Positions 17,258 through 26,800 of a DNA stretch of 64,000 nucleotides are shown here, in pieces. Made by a program: the position numbers and the translations under genes. Under the pieces are notes generated by a model, which saw only the letters and a program-made list of their open reading frames with translations, made no database searches and was not told the DNA's origin. The number at the start of each line of letters is the position of its first letter. Within the stretch, counting starts at the first letter, position 1. Origin of the DNA: Deltaproteobacteria bacterium (GTDB lineage Bacteria > Myxococcota > JACRCW01); NCBI GenBank assembly GCA_016218805.1, contig JACRCW010000032.1, forward strand, positions 1 to 64,000, in the 5' to 3' direction.

Positions 17258-17707
17258 ATGCAAAGGTTCCTGTTCCTGGTCACCCTCCTGGCCTGCGCGG
17301 GGGCCAACTGCCCGGGCACCGGTGGCGACGGAGGCAGCGGCCGCGGCAGCATCTCCGCGGTGTATCGCGCGGGTGCGCTGGAAGTCCTGCTGGACGCGGA
17401 TGAACCACCGCTGGCCCTGGCCGCCACCGTCCGCGTGGACGGGACCGAGATCACCGGCAGCGCTCTGCTGGGAGACGCCGCCGCCGGACGGGACCTGCTG
17501 CGGCAGAAGACGACGGGAAGTTCGCAACTGCGCTTTGCGGTGACTGACAGCCGCGCGCTGCGCGTGGCGCGCCAGGGGGTGGTGGTGCGCATCCCGGTGG
17601 CCGTGCTGCCCGCGCACGTGGTGGTGGACGAGATCAGCGCCGCCGACGGAGAAGGGCGGACCATGGAACTCACCGGGTTTGATGCCGCACCGGGGAGCGC
17701 ACCATGA
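17258..17707 (+). CDS. Small lipoprotein with a cohesin-like beta-sandwich
   Basis: MQRFLFLVTLLAC lipobox, Gly linker, then about 110 aa of alternating strands (LEVLLD, LAATVRVD, GDAAAG, LRFAV, G.VVRI, ISAAD.EG). Confidence 0.55.
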   Translation: MQRFLFLVTLLACAGANCPGTGGDGGSGRGSISAVYRAGALEVLLDADEPPLALAATVRVDGTEITGSALLGDAAAGRDLLRQKTTGSSQLRFAVTDSRALRVARQGVVVRIPVAVLPAHVVVDEISAADGEGRTMELTGFDAAPGSAP

Positions 17708-20700
17708 GCGGCCGCGGACGGGAATGCCCCCCACCCGGCCACTGGCGTTGCCGACCTCCCCCCGCAAGCCGGGGGAGGCAGGCCGGGGTCTTGCTCCTGG
17801 CGGCCTTGTTGGCCGGTGGGTGCGGGCTGGAGAGCCTGTTCTTTGTCAGGCAGTTTGAGGCCACACCGCCGCCCCACGCCATCATCAAGGGCCGCGTTTC
17901 TGACGTGGGTGACGTCATGGCCACCCGCCTGGCTGACAAGACCCTCACCGCGCGCGCCGTGGCCACCGACGGGCGCGTGCTGTCCACCGCGGAAACACAC
18001 GTGGACGGCGACTTCACGCTGAACCTGCCCGCCGACGTGGGTGACCAGTTCAACGTACGCGTGCTGGTGGGCGTGGGTGGCGCGCAGTTGCGTGGCCTGG
18101 CGCCGGACGTCCCCGGCCAGGACGGCACGGACAACGCCGTGACGGAAGTGGGTACGCTCGGGCTGGCCGCCACCGCCGCGGCGTTGCTGGTGGACGCGTA
18201 CACCGCCACCGCCCGCAGCGGGATGGCCGGCACGCCACCGTCCGTGACCCGCAAAGTGCTGGAGAACGCGTCGGACCGCGCCAACGAAGACGTGCTCGCC
18301 TACCACGTTGCGGTGCGCTCCATTGTTGAGGCGAGCGACGCCGCGCGCGGTCAGCCCGTGTTCAGTGACACCGGTGAGCCCACCGAAGCGGCCATCACCG
18401 CGGCGGGGCTCACCGTGGCGGACTACACGCGCCTGCGCGATGCAGCGGTGGCCGCCGTGGGCGTGCCCGTGGTGTGCGACCCCTCCCGTATCCGCGTGAT
18501 GTTCACGGTGGATATCAGCGGCTCCGCGCTGGACGGCAACGGCAAGCAGCAGTTCATCCGCCAGCTCCCCAAGGAGGGCCGCGTGTTCCTGGGGATCACC
18601 GTGGACCCGTCCTCACCGGTGGCGGATGCGTCCCGCACACTCAAGCCGCGCCTCATGCCCAATGACGTGGACACGGAGATGTTTGATGACGGGACGCAGG
18701 GTGACGAGGCCGCGGGCGACCAGGTGTTCACGACGACCCTGGTGCTCCCGCGCGGCATGCGCGTCATCTACAAGTACACCGACGGCTCGCCGGGAGAAGG
18801 CTACACGGGCACGGAGGAATGGCCGGGCAACGCGCGCATCCTGGAAGTGGTGGACGTCCTCACCTCGGACCCGGCCGGCAAGCCGGATTGTCTCGTCATC
18901 CGGCGGGATTCGTTTGGTGATGAGAGCAGCAACAAGAACTTTGTGAACCTCAACGCCTCCCTGGCGGGCGGCGCGCTCCAGTACGACACGGACCTGGGCG
19001 GTGCGGCGCTGGTCCCCGCGACGGGCGCTGACACCCTCCCGCAGGGCGGCTTGGCGGTGGACGCGCTGGGTGACGTCCCGCCGCTGACGCCCGCGGGCGT
19101 ACCGGAGGCGCGCGAGAACGGCGCGTGCGCCACCTGTCCCGCGCCTGTGACCGTGCCGGTGGATGACAACACGCCGCCGGCCGTCGTCGCGGCGCGCTTT
19201 GCGGCCACGGATGAAGTGCGCGTGCTCTTCACAGAGGACCTGGACCTGGGCAGCGCCGCCGCACGCGGCAACTACCTCGTCGTGGACGACCGCGAGGCGC
19301 CCGTGCCCATCCGCCGCATTGGCGTGGCGGGCGCGCTGGTGACCCTGTCCGTGGACCCCGTGGTGCCCACGCGGGCGTACCGCCTGTTTGTGGCGCGCGT
19401 GTCTGACGCCAGCCTGCAGCGCAACCCGGTGGCTGAAGTGGGCGGCGGCATCCGGATCCAGCAGGACACCATTGCGCCCACGCTGGTGGAGGCCGCGTGC
19501 ACCACCATCACGGAGGTCAACCCGGCCGCGCGTCCGGCCAACCCGCGCCAGGGCGAAGTGGTGCTGGTGCGCTTCTCCGAGGTGCTGGATCGCATCTCGG
19601 CGGAGAACACGTCCGGGTACGCGATTGAGGGACCCGAGGGCTCACTCCCCGTGTACGCCGCGTTCCAGCGCGGGCGGGACGTGCTGCTGGTGACGGAGTC
19701 CCTCACGGGCAACGTGGACTACGCGGTGCGCGTGACGGGCGTGTTTGACATGGCAGGCAACCTGGTGGGCCGTGATTCCACGACGACATTCAAGGGTCTG
19801 CAGCTGTACCGCGCGTCCATCTCCGCGGTGCCGGGGCATGCATGGCGCAGCGTGGACGGGCGTGACCGCGGCCTGCCCGAGGGCGACGGCCTGTACCTCA
19901 CCGGGACCCTGACGCTGGCCGCGCGCGCGACCGACGGCGCGGACATCCGCGTGACGGGACGGCCTGACGTGGCAGGGCGCGCGGGGTTTGAGCTGCTGCC
20001 CACGCCGGAGATGATCAGCGGCAAGCCGGTGTTCCGCGCGGAACTGCTGCTGCCGCCGGGCACGTACGCGTACAAGTTGGCGCATGGGTCGGTGGCGGAC
20101 GCGGTGGCGCCGCCCGCCACGCTGGAGACGGTGACCAAGAGCCTGTGCACCACCAACAACGCCACCGGCGTGCAGGTGGATCCCGTCACGCTCACCGGCA
20201 CCGACGGGCTGTCCTACGCGGGCGCGCGCCTGTCATTGTCCGGTGACGATCCGCCGGGCCCGGGCGTGCTGTTCAAGCGCGAGAACCCGGACAGCATCCT
20301 CAACGTGGTGGACGCGGACGTGGACGGCCCGGTGCACCTTATCGGCACCTGGCGGGACGTGCCGTTTGGCGCGGGACGCGACTACGACGACGGCAAGCGC
20401 GAGCTGACGATGCCCGTGTCCGGCGCGACGGACACCGCCGGACCGCTGCCCATTGCGGCGGAAGCGCGCGACAGCGAGAGCGTGCTGGTCAGCTTTGACG
20501 AGGCCATCTCCACCAACGCGTCCGACCTGGTGGCGACGGTGACCGACGAGGGCGGCGTGGCGCTGCCCGCCAGCGTGCTGGTCACCGCGGTGCCGCGGCC
20601 CAGCCAGGCGGTGCTGCGCACGGGCCCCATGGCGCTCAACCGCGGGTACACCGTGCTGGTGAGCCGCGTGGCGGATGGTGCCGGTCACGTGTCCACGGAC

Positions 20701-22017
20701 CTGCGCACTGTCGCGTTCACCTCGCCGGGGTCGTTCACGCCGTTCACCCCCGTTGTGGATGAGGACCCGCCCGCGGTCACCTCCGTCCTGGCCACCGGGC
20801 CCACCACCATCCTGGTGCGCTTCACGGAACGCGTGGCGTCCTCCGCGGCGGCCGTGTCCCACTACGCCCTGGAGCACCGCACCGGCGGCACGGCGCCCAC
20901 GGTGAGCGGCGCGCGCCTTTCAGAGGCGGGCCGCGCGGTGATTCTCACCACGTCCGCGCAGGAGCGCCTGGCGCCGTATGCGCTGGTGGTGACCAGCATT
21001 GAGGACGTGGCCAGCCCGCCCAACCGGCTGACCACGCAGCGCGTGGAATTCAACGGGTTTGGTGACTCCACGCCGCCGGAAATCACGTGGGCCAAGGCGG
21101 TGAACGCCACCATGGTGGTGCTGAAGTTCAGCGAAGCGCTGGACGCGTCCACCGCGGCCACCCATGGCAACTACGCGATTGCCGGCGTCAACGTGCTGTC
21201 CGCAACGCCGTCCCACAACGCGGACGTGGCGCGCAGCGCGTTCAACGAGGCGTGGGCGCCGGTGCGGCAGGACCTGGTGGTGCTCAAGACGGACACCATG
21301 CAGGGCGGGCGCACGCTGCAGGTCTCGGCGACCGGAGTGCTGGACCTGTCGGGCAATGCGTCCGCGTCCACCGCGGCGTTCACGTCGGTGGCGCAGGCAC
21401 CCAATGTGACCGTGGTGCTGCGCTATTTGGCCAGCAACACGGCGCAGGTGGTGGGCGTGGGACAGGGCGGTGCGGCGGGCGTTCCGGCGCGCGCCATCTC
21501 GGCCGCGCGGCTGGCGGCGGAACGTGAAGGCATCTTTGTGCTGGGCACCGCGCTGACGGAAGACGGCGCCACGCCGGTGACGGACAGCCCGCTTACGCGC
21601 GGGCTGGGCGGCTTCCCTGCGGAGGGCAGCCCGTTGGACGGCGTGGAACCGCAACTGAAGGATGACGGCACGGGCGGGGATGCAACCGCGGGCGACAACA
21701 TCTTCACGCTGCAGATTACCGGCGTGCCGCTGGGGTCGGTGGTTTCGTACAAGGCTTTCGCTTCTTACTCGGTGGCGTACCAGCAATCCTCCGGTGACCC
21801 GTTGGCGGCGTTTGCGGACGCACCCGCCGGTCCGCGCGTGTTCACGGATGGGCAGGAGTACCCGGGCAATGACAACGCAGCCTGGCTGCTGGCGGACGAG
21901 GACGGCGACGGAAAGATTGTGCTGGATAACCTGTTTGGTGACGAGATCACCTTCAAGCGAAAGACCGGGTTCCGGCCGTTCGCCTGGGTGACGGACGCGT
22001 GGCGGAGGCAGGAATGA
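17704..22017 (+). CDS. Large lipoprotein with five SbsA/Big_5-like Ig domains, two choice-of-anchor X/CBM-like modules and one further CBM-like module
   Basis: LLAGGC lipobox; five D..PP.[VIL]..A.......[VL].F[ST]E.[LI]D repeats; two DDG..GD..AGD..FT motifs (near 18685 and 21661); ATGA overlap with the upstream gene. Confidence 0.7.
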   Translation: MSGRGRECPPPGHWRCRPPPASRGRQAGVLLLAALLAGGCGLESLFFVRQFEATPPPHAIIKGRVSDVGDVMATRLADKTLTARAVATDGRVLSTAETHVDGDFTLNLPADVGDQFNVRVLVGVGGAQLRGLAPDVPGQDGTDNAVTEVGTLGLAATAAALLVDAYTATARSGMAGTPPSVTRKVLENASDRANEDVLAYHVAVRSIVEASDAARGQPVFSDTGEPTEAAITAAGLTVADYTRLRDAAVAAVGVPVVCDPSRIRVMFTVDISGSALDGNGKQQFIRQLPKEGRVFLGITVDPSSPVADASRTLKPRLMPNDVDTEMFDDGTQGDEAAGDQVFTTTLVLPRGMRVIYKYTDGSPGEGYTGTEEWPGNARILEVVDVLTSDPAGKPDCLVIRRDSFGDESSNKNFVNLNASLAGGALQYDTDLGGAALVPATGADTLPQGGLAVDALGDVPPLTPAGVPEARENGACATCPAPVTVPVDDNTPPAVVAARFAATDEVRVLFTEDLDLGSAAARGNYLVVDDREAPVPIRRIGVAGALVTLSVDPVVPTRAYRLFVARVSDASLQRNPVAEVGGGIRIQQDTIAPTLVEAACTTITEVNPAARPANPRQGEVVLVRFSEVLDRISAENTSGYAIEGPEGSLPVYAAFQRGRDVLLVTESLTGNVDYAVRVTGVFDMAGNLVGRDSTTTFKGLQLYRASISAVPGHAWRSVDGRDRGLPEGDGLYLTGTLTLAARATDGADIRVTGRPDVAGRAGFELLPTPEMISGKPVFRAELLLPPGTYAYKLAHGSVADAVAPPATLETVTKSLCTTNNATGVQVDPVTLTGTDGLSYAGARLSLSGDDPPGPGVLFKRENPDSILNVVDADVDGPVHLIGTWRDVPFGAGRDYDDGKRELTMPVSGATDTAGPLPIAAEARDSESVLVSFDEAISTNASDLVATVTDEGGVALPASVLVTAVPRPSQAVLRTGPMALNRGYTVLVSRVADGAGHVSTDLRTVAFTSPGSFTPFTPVVDEDPPAVTSVLATGPTTILVRFTERVASSAAAVSHYALEHRTGGTAPTVSGARLSEAGRAVILTTSAQERLAPYALVVTSIEDVASPPNRLTTQRVEFNGFGDSTPPEITWAKAVNATMVVLKFSEALDASTAATHGNYAIAGVNVLSATPSHNADVARSAFNEAWAPVRQDLVVLKTDTMQGGRTLQVSATGVLDLSGNASASTAAFTSVAQAPNVTVVLRYLASNTAQVVGVGQGGAAGVPARAISAARLAAEREGIFVLGTALTEDGATPVTDSPLTRGLGGFPAEGSPLDGVEPQLKDDGTGGDATAGDNIFTLQITGVPLGSVVSYKAFASYSVAYQQSSGDPLAAFADAPAGPRVFTDGQEYPGNDNAAWLLADEDGDGKIVLDNLFGDEITFKRKTGFRPFAWVTDAWRRQE

Positions 22018-23873
22018 GCGCCCATCGGGCGGTTGGGGGGCTCGTGGTGGTGGGCGCGCTGCTGGCGTGCACGGGCGGTGGCGGCGGCACCAGGGATCCG
22101 CCCAAGGGTGACGGGTTTGCCGCCGCGTATTCCGTTGACGAGACCACGCTGGTCCTGGCGTTCACCCGCAAGCTCAAGGGGGACACGGTGCGCGCGGACG
22201 TGTTTGCGGTGGAGGACCGCACCGTGGTGCCCGCCGTGGTGCTGACGGTCCTCTCCGCCACGCGCAGCGGTGACGCGGAGGTCACGTTGGTCACGGGCAC
22301 GCAGGAGCACGGGCGTACGTACACGCTGCGCATCACCGGGTTGCAGGACGCTGACGGCAACGCGCTGGACGGCACGCTCAACTTCCTGGGCGGCGGGGTG
22401 GCGCAGACGGCCGCCGTGACGTTCAGCGTTCCTGACGGTGACCGCATCCGCGCGTGGGGGAACCTCCGCCTGGAACTGACGGTGCAGGCCACCACGGGCG
22501 CGTTTTCAGACCGGCTGCAGGCGGTGTCCCTGGCGGCGTCCGGTACGGGCCTGGCCGCCACGGTGCAGGTGGTGGTGGACGGGGACCGCACGGTGGACCG
22601 CCGTGATGACGTGGACCCGGTGGTGGACCGGCGCGCGTACGCCGCGCGCGTGGTGACGGACCACGGCGTGCCGGCCAGCCCGCTGGTTCCGTTTGCCGTG
22701 ACCGCGCCCGGTGCGCTGACCGTGGAGGTGGGCCTGCTGGCGCCGCCCACGCCGGTGCAGCCCGGCAGCGGCTTCACCCCGCCCACGGATGCCAACCCCG
22801 GTGACGGCGTGAAGCGCATCCGCATTGTGGTGGATGACCGCCTGTCTGGTGAGCTGGTGAACCCCGCGGTGACCTGCAGCTTCACGGCGGCGGGTGACTT
22901 TGACGCAAGCTTCCCGCAGCAACGGGTGCTGGCCACGCCAACGGAGAGCGGCTTGTACGAGGTGGAGGCGGGCATCAAGGTGGATCCCAACCGGCGCCTG
23001 GATGGCCTGACGGATTCCACGCTGCCGTACATCCTCATCCTCCACACCAACGGCGTGGACGTGGAGACCATCAACCTCTCCATCATCGCGCCGGACGAGA
23101 CCCCCGAGGCGGTGGTGCTCCCGCTGGGGGACCGGACCATGACGCCGGTGCAGTTCCGCGTGGACGTGGGCGGGTCGTTCCTTGTCGCGGACGGGTCACA
23201 GCGCGGGTTGTTCCCGGGTGAAGCGCCGTTCCTCACGGGGGAATGGCAGCGCGCGGCGGACGCGCTGGGCCGCAACGCGGGTGACGCATTCACCGGCGGC
23301 GAGCAGACCACGCTGGAGATGCGGCCCGACCCGGCGCACCCCGGCGTGTGGACCAAGACGCTGTGGCTCCCGCCGGGACGGCCGTACGGGTGGAAGCTGG
23401 TGCGCTGCCAGGCCGGCGTGGGCTGCGGCCCGCTCAATGAACGCGTTGCCTCCAGCGGGCGCGCGTTTGCCACCGTCATGAAGAACCTGGCCACGGAGAA
23501 CCTGGACGCGTTTGCCAACCCGCAGGTGGTCATTGTGGATCCCCACGCGCTCTCGTCGGTGCCGCTGGCATCCGGCAGCACCAACTATTCCGGCGCGCAC
23601 GTGTACGTGGGCAACGGCGCGGGTGCGGAGGCCAACCCCGCGGGGATGCCGCGCGCGGACACGCTGTTCAAACAGGAGGTCCCGGACCTCGCCGTCGTCG
23701 TTGGGGATGAACCCGTCATCACGCCCGTGTACGTGGTGGGCACCTGGCGTGACGTGAACCTGCCGGTGCGGCCGGCGGAGATCCTGGCGGGCGGCAGCGT
23801 GGTGAGCCTCACCCCGTATGACTACGACGAGGGCTTCATAGGCCGGTACCCGCCGTCCCGGAGCGCGCCATGA
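22014..23873 (+). CDS. Lipoprotein with a Big_5-like Ig domain and CBM20-like putative glucan-binding modules
   Basis: ALLAC lipobox; L.F...L..D....F.V Ig motif; VQFRVD...FLTGEW...VWTKTLWLPPG..Y.WK resembles CBM20-type modules. Confidence 0.6.
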   Translation: MSAHRAVGGLVVVGALLACTGGGGGTRDPPKGDGFAAAYSVDETTLVLAFTRKLKGDTVRADVFAVEDRTVVPAVVLTVLSATRSGDAEVTLVTGTQEHGRTYTLRITGLQDADGNALDGTLNFLGGGVAQTAAVTFSVPDGDRIRAWGNLRLELTVQATTGAFSDRLQAVSLAASGTGLAATVQVVVDGDRTVDRRDDVDPVVDRRAYAARVVTDHGVPASPLVPFAVTAPGALTVEVGLLAPPTPVQPGSGFTPPTDANPGDGVKRIRIVVDDRLSGELVNPAVTCSFTAAGDFDASFPQQRVLATPTESGLYEVEAGIKVDPNRRLDGLTDSTLPYILILHTNGVDVETINLSIIAPDETPEAVVLPLGDRTMTPVQFRVDVGGSFLVADGSQRGLFPGEAPFLTGEWQRAADALGRNAGDAFTGGEQTTLEMRPDPAHPGVWTKTLWLPPGRPYGWKLVRCQAGVGCGPLNERVASSGRAFATVMKNLATENLDAFANPQVVIVDPHALSSVPLASGSTNYSGAHVYVGNGAGAEANPAGMPRADTLFKQEVPDLAVVVGDEPVITPVYVVGTWRDVNLPVRPAEILAGGSVVSLTPYDYDEGFIGRYPPSRSAP

Positions 23874-26800
23874 GAACGCCCCTGCTGGTCCCCGCGCTCC
23901 TGCTGCTGCCCGTCGTCGCGTCGGCGTATGAAGCCCCGGTCACCTTCACGCTGCGCCACTGCGAATCCCCCGGTTGTTCCGGCGTCTCGGCGTCCTTTGG
24001 CGGCGTGATGGACACCTGCCACCTGATGATTGACCGCGCGGGCGGACGCAACCGCGTGCAGAACGCCATTGCCATGGACCGCCAGCCGGATGACAACGGC
24101 GCGCGCGTGTTTCGCAAGACCATCACGCTGCAGGAGGGGGACTACATCTACGTGTTTGTTGCCAACGTGGACCGGTTTGTGAATCTGTCCGACCCCAACC
24201 TCAACCCTGACGACGTGCCGGACAGCAACTTCTTCAACGATCCGAATCCACCGTTTCCCGGCTACGGTGGCCAGTACTCCACGGACAATATCTACTTTGT
24301 GCGGGATCCCAACCGGCCCAAGTTTGACCGCGCGAGCCTGCAACCCAACATGGGAACGCTGGTCACCAGCGCGTCCGTCACGCTCTCCATCGTCGCCGCA
24401 GCGGGCGCAGACGGGCGGCCGCTTGCTGGCACGCCGCGCATTGAGGTGCAGAACGGTGACCCCAAGGGTGTCCGCTACAATGACGGCCGGCCAACGGACC
24501 CCACGTGGACGGACATCACGCCGGTGAACTTCAGTTTTGACAGCGGCACCAGGCGCGGCACCCTCACGGCCACCTGGCAGAACCCGACGGAGGGCTTCCA
24601 CCTGGTGCGCTTCCACGTGGCCAATGACCAGGGGCTGACTGCGGACCCGTTTGTGGGCTCCGTGATGGTGAACCGGGACAACCAGCCGCCCGTGGCCACC
24701 GCGGGGCCCATCCGCTTTGCCAGGGTGGGGCAGGAGGTGGTGCTCAACGGCGGCATGAGCCAGGACCCGGACTACGTGGGTTTCTCGTCGTGGAACTGGT
24801 ACGCCACGCAACAGCCGGGCGGGTCCACCATCACGCTGCGGGACGTGGATGAAGAGCGCATCCCGCGTGACGGCTACGGCAAGGGCATTGTGGACGAGCA
24901 CGGGAACCTGCAGGGTGACGCCGTGGCGCAGCGCACCGCGCTGCCTCGGTTCAGCGCGGACCGCGCGGGGACCTACCGCATGGCGGTGAAGGCCACGGAC
25001 ATGGGTGGGGCGCAGAGCGCGGAGGCAGCCACGGAGGTCCACGTGGTGGATGCGTTCAACGCGAACATCCGCGTGCGCCTGGAGCCGTACGTGGAAGCCA
25101 ACGAGCTCATCATTGACGCATCGTTGACGACGGGGCCGGCGGGGATGCAGCTGGGGTGCTACCCGGACCTGCGCAACCCCGCGCCGGTGAACTTCACGGT
25201 GACCGGCCTGGTGGCCCACGCGGCCAAGCCCACCACGGCGGGGTTTTACCTGTTCCACTGCCAGGTGGGCGGCAACAGCTACCACCGCACCGTGATGCTG
25301 AAGGTGTGGCCGGACGGGCGCACGTTCACGCAGGACTACGGACGCCCGCCGCGCGCGTGGGTGGATGACAAGGTGATGTACCTCGCGTTTGTGCGTGAGT
25401 TCTTTGACGCCAACGCTGACGGCGAGGGCGATTTCCTGGGGTTTGTGGACAAGATGGCGCACCTGCATTCGCTGGGTGTGAACGCGCTGTGGCTGATGCC
25501 GGTGGTCCCGGGTCCCACCACGCACGGCTACGCGGCCACGGCGCAGTTTGACACCGAGGAGGATTACGGCACGCCGGAGCAGTACGAGCTCCTGGTGCAG
25601 ACGGCGCACGCGTTTGGCATTGAGGTGCTGGTGGACCTGGTGGCCAATCACACCTCGGCGGAGCACCCGTTCTTTGTGCAGGCGCGCAGCAACGCGCAGA
25701 GCGCCACGCGCGGGTACTTCGCGTTCAATGCGGACGGGAGCTACCGCTACGCGTTCAACTTTGTGGCGCTCCCGGACATGGACAGCAACAACCCGCTGGT
25801 GCGGGACGTGGTGGTGAAGATGGTGCGGTGGTTCATGGACCGCGGCGTGGACGGCGTGCGCTGTGACATTGCCGGGTTCACCGGGCCCGTGCTGTGGGAA
25901 GACGTCCGCTACGAAGTCAAAGGCCGCAACCCGCAGGGCATCATGCTGGCGGAGCTCATTCCGCCGACGCAGGAGTACTTCGACCAGCGATTTGACCTTG
26001 CCTATGACAGCGAGACGTTCTGGGCGACGCGCGACGCGTTTGCAGGCAGCGGGGACCTGGGCAACGTGGACGGTGCGCTCAAGCGCGCGCAGACGTTCCT
26101 GTCCCGCGCCACCAGCGCGCGCGTGCGCGAATCCCTGGAACAGAAGGACGTGCTGTGGCTGCGCTACCTGGACAACCAGGACGAAGACCGCTTCCTGCTG
26201 CGCGCGGGCGGTGACCTGCGGCGCATCCGCGTGGGCGCCTCCGTGCTGATGACGCTGCCCGGCGTGCCGCTGGTGTTCTACGGCGATGAAACGGGCATTG
26301 GCGAACTGCGCGGCCGCATGCAGTTTGGACACTTCAGTCCGGGCGCGCTGGCGCTGACGGACCTGTACCGCCGGCTCATCCAACTCCGCCGCCACAACGC
26401 GGGCCTGCGCACGCATGACAACGCGGCGGAGGGGACCGCGGGCAACAGCTACGTGCGCATCAACAACAACGGGGACCAGGGCGGGGGGAACGTGTTCAGC
26501 TTTGTGCGCTTTGGCGCGCACCAGCGTTTTGTGGTGCTGGCCAACCGCGCGGACAGCACCGTGCTGGGGACCACCGTGCGGTTCTATCCGCCCCCCAGCG
26601 TGTTCACGGAGTTCCCTGACGGACCGCTGAAGCTGGTGGACCACCTGGACCCCACCGACCAACGCACCATGAACAAGTCCGACCTGCTGTCCACCTCCGG
26701 CGCCACTGCCGCGGTGCGCGGATTCACGACGAAGATCTACCAGGTCACGCGCTTTGGCATCCCGGACGCGGACCACGACGGCGTGCTGGACAGCTATGAC

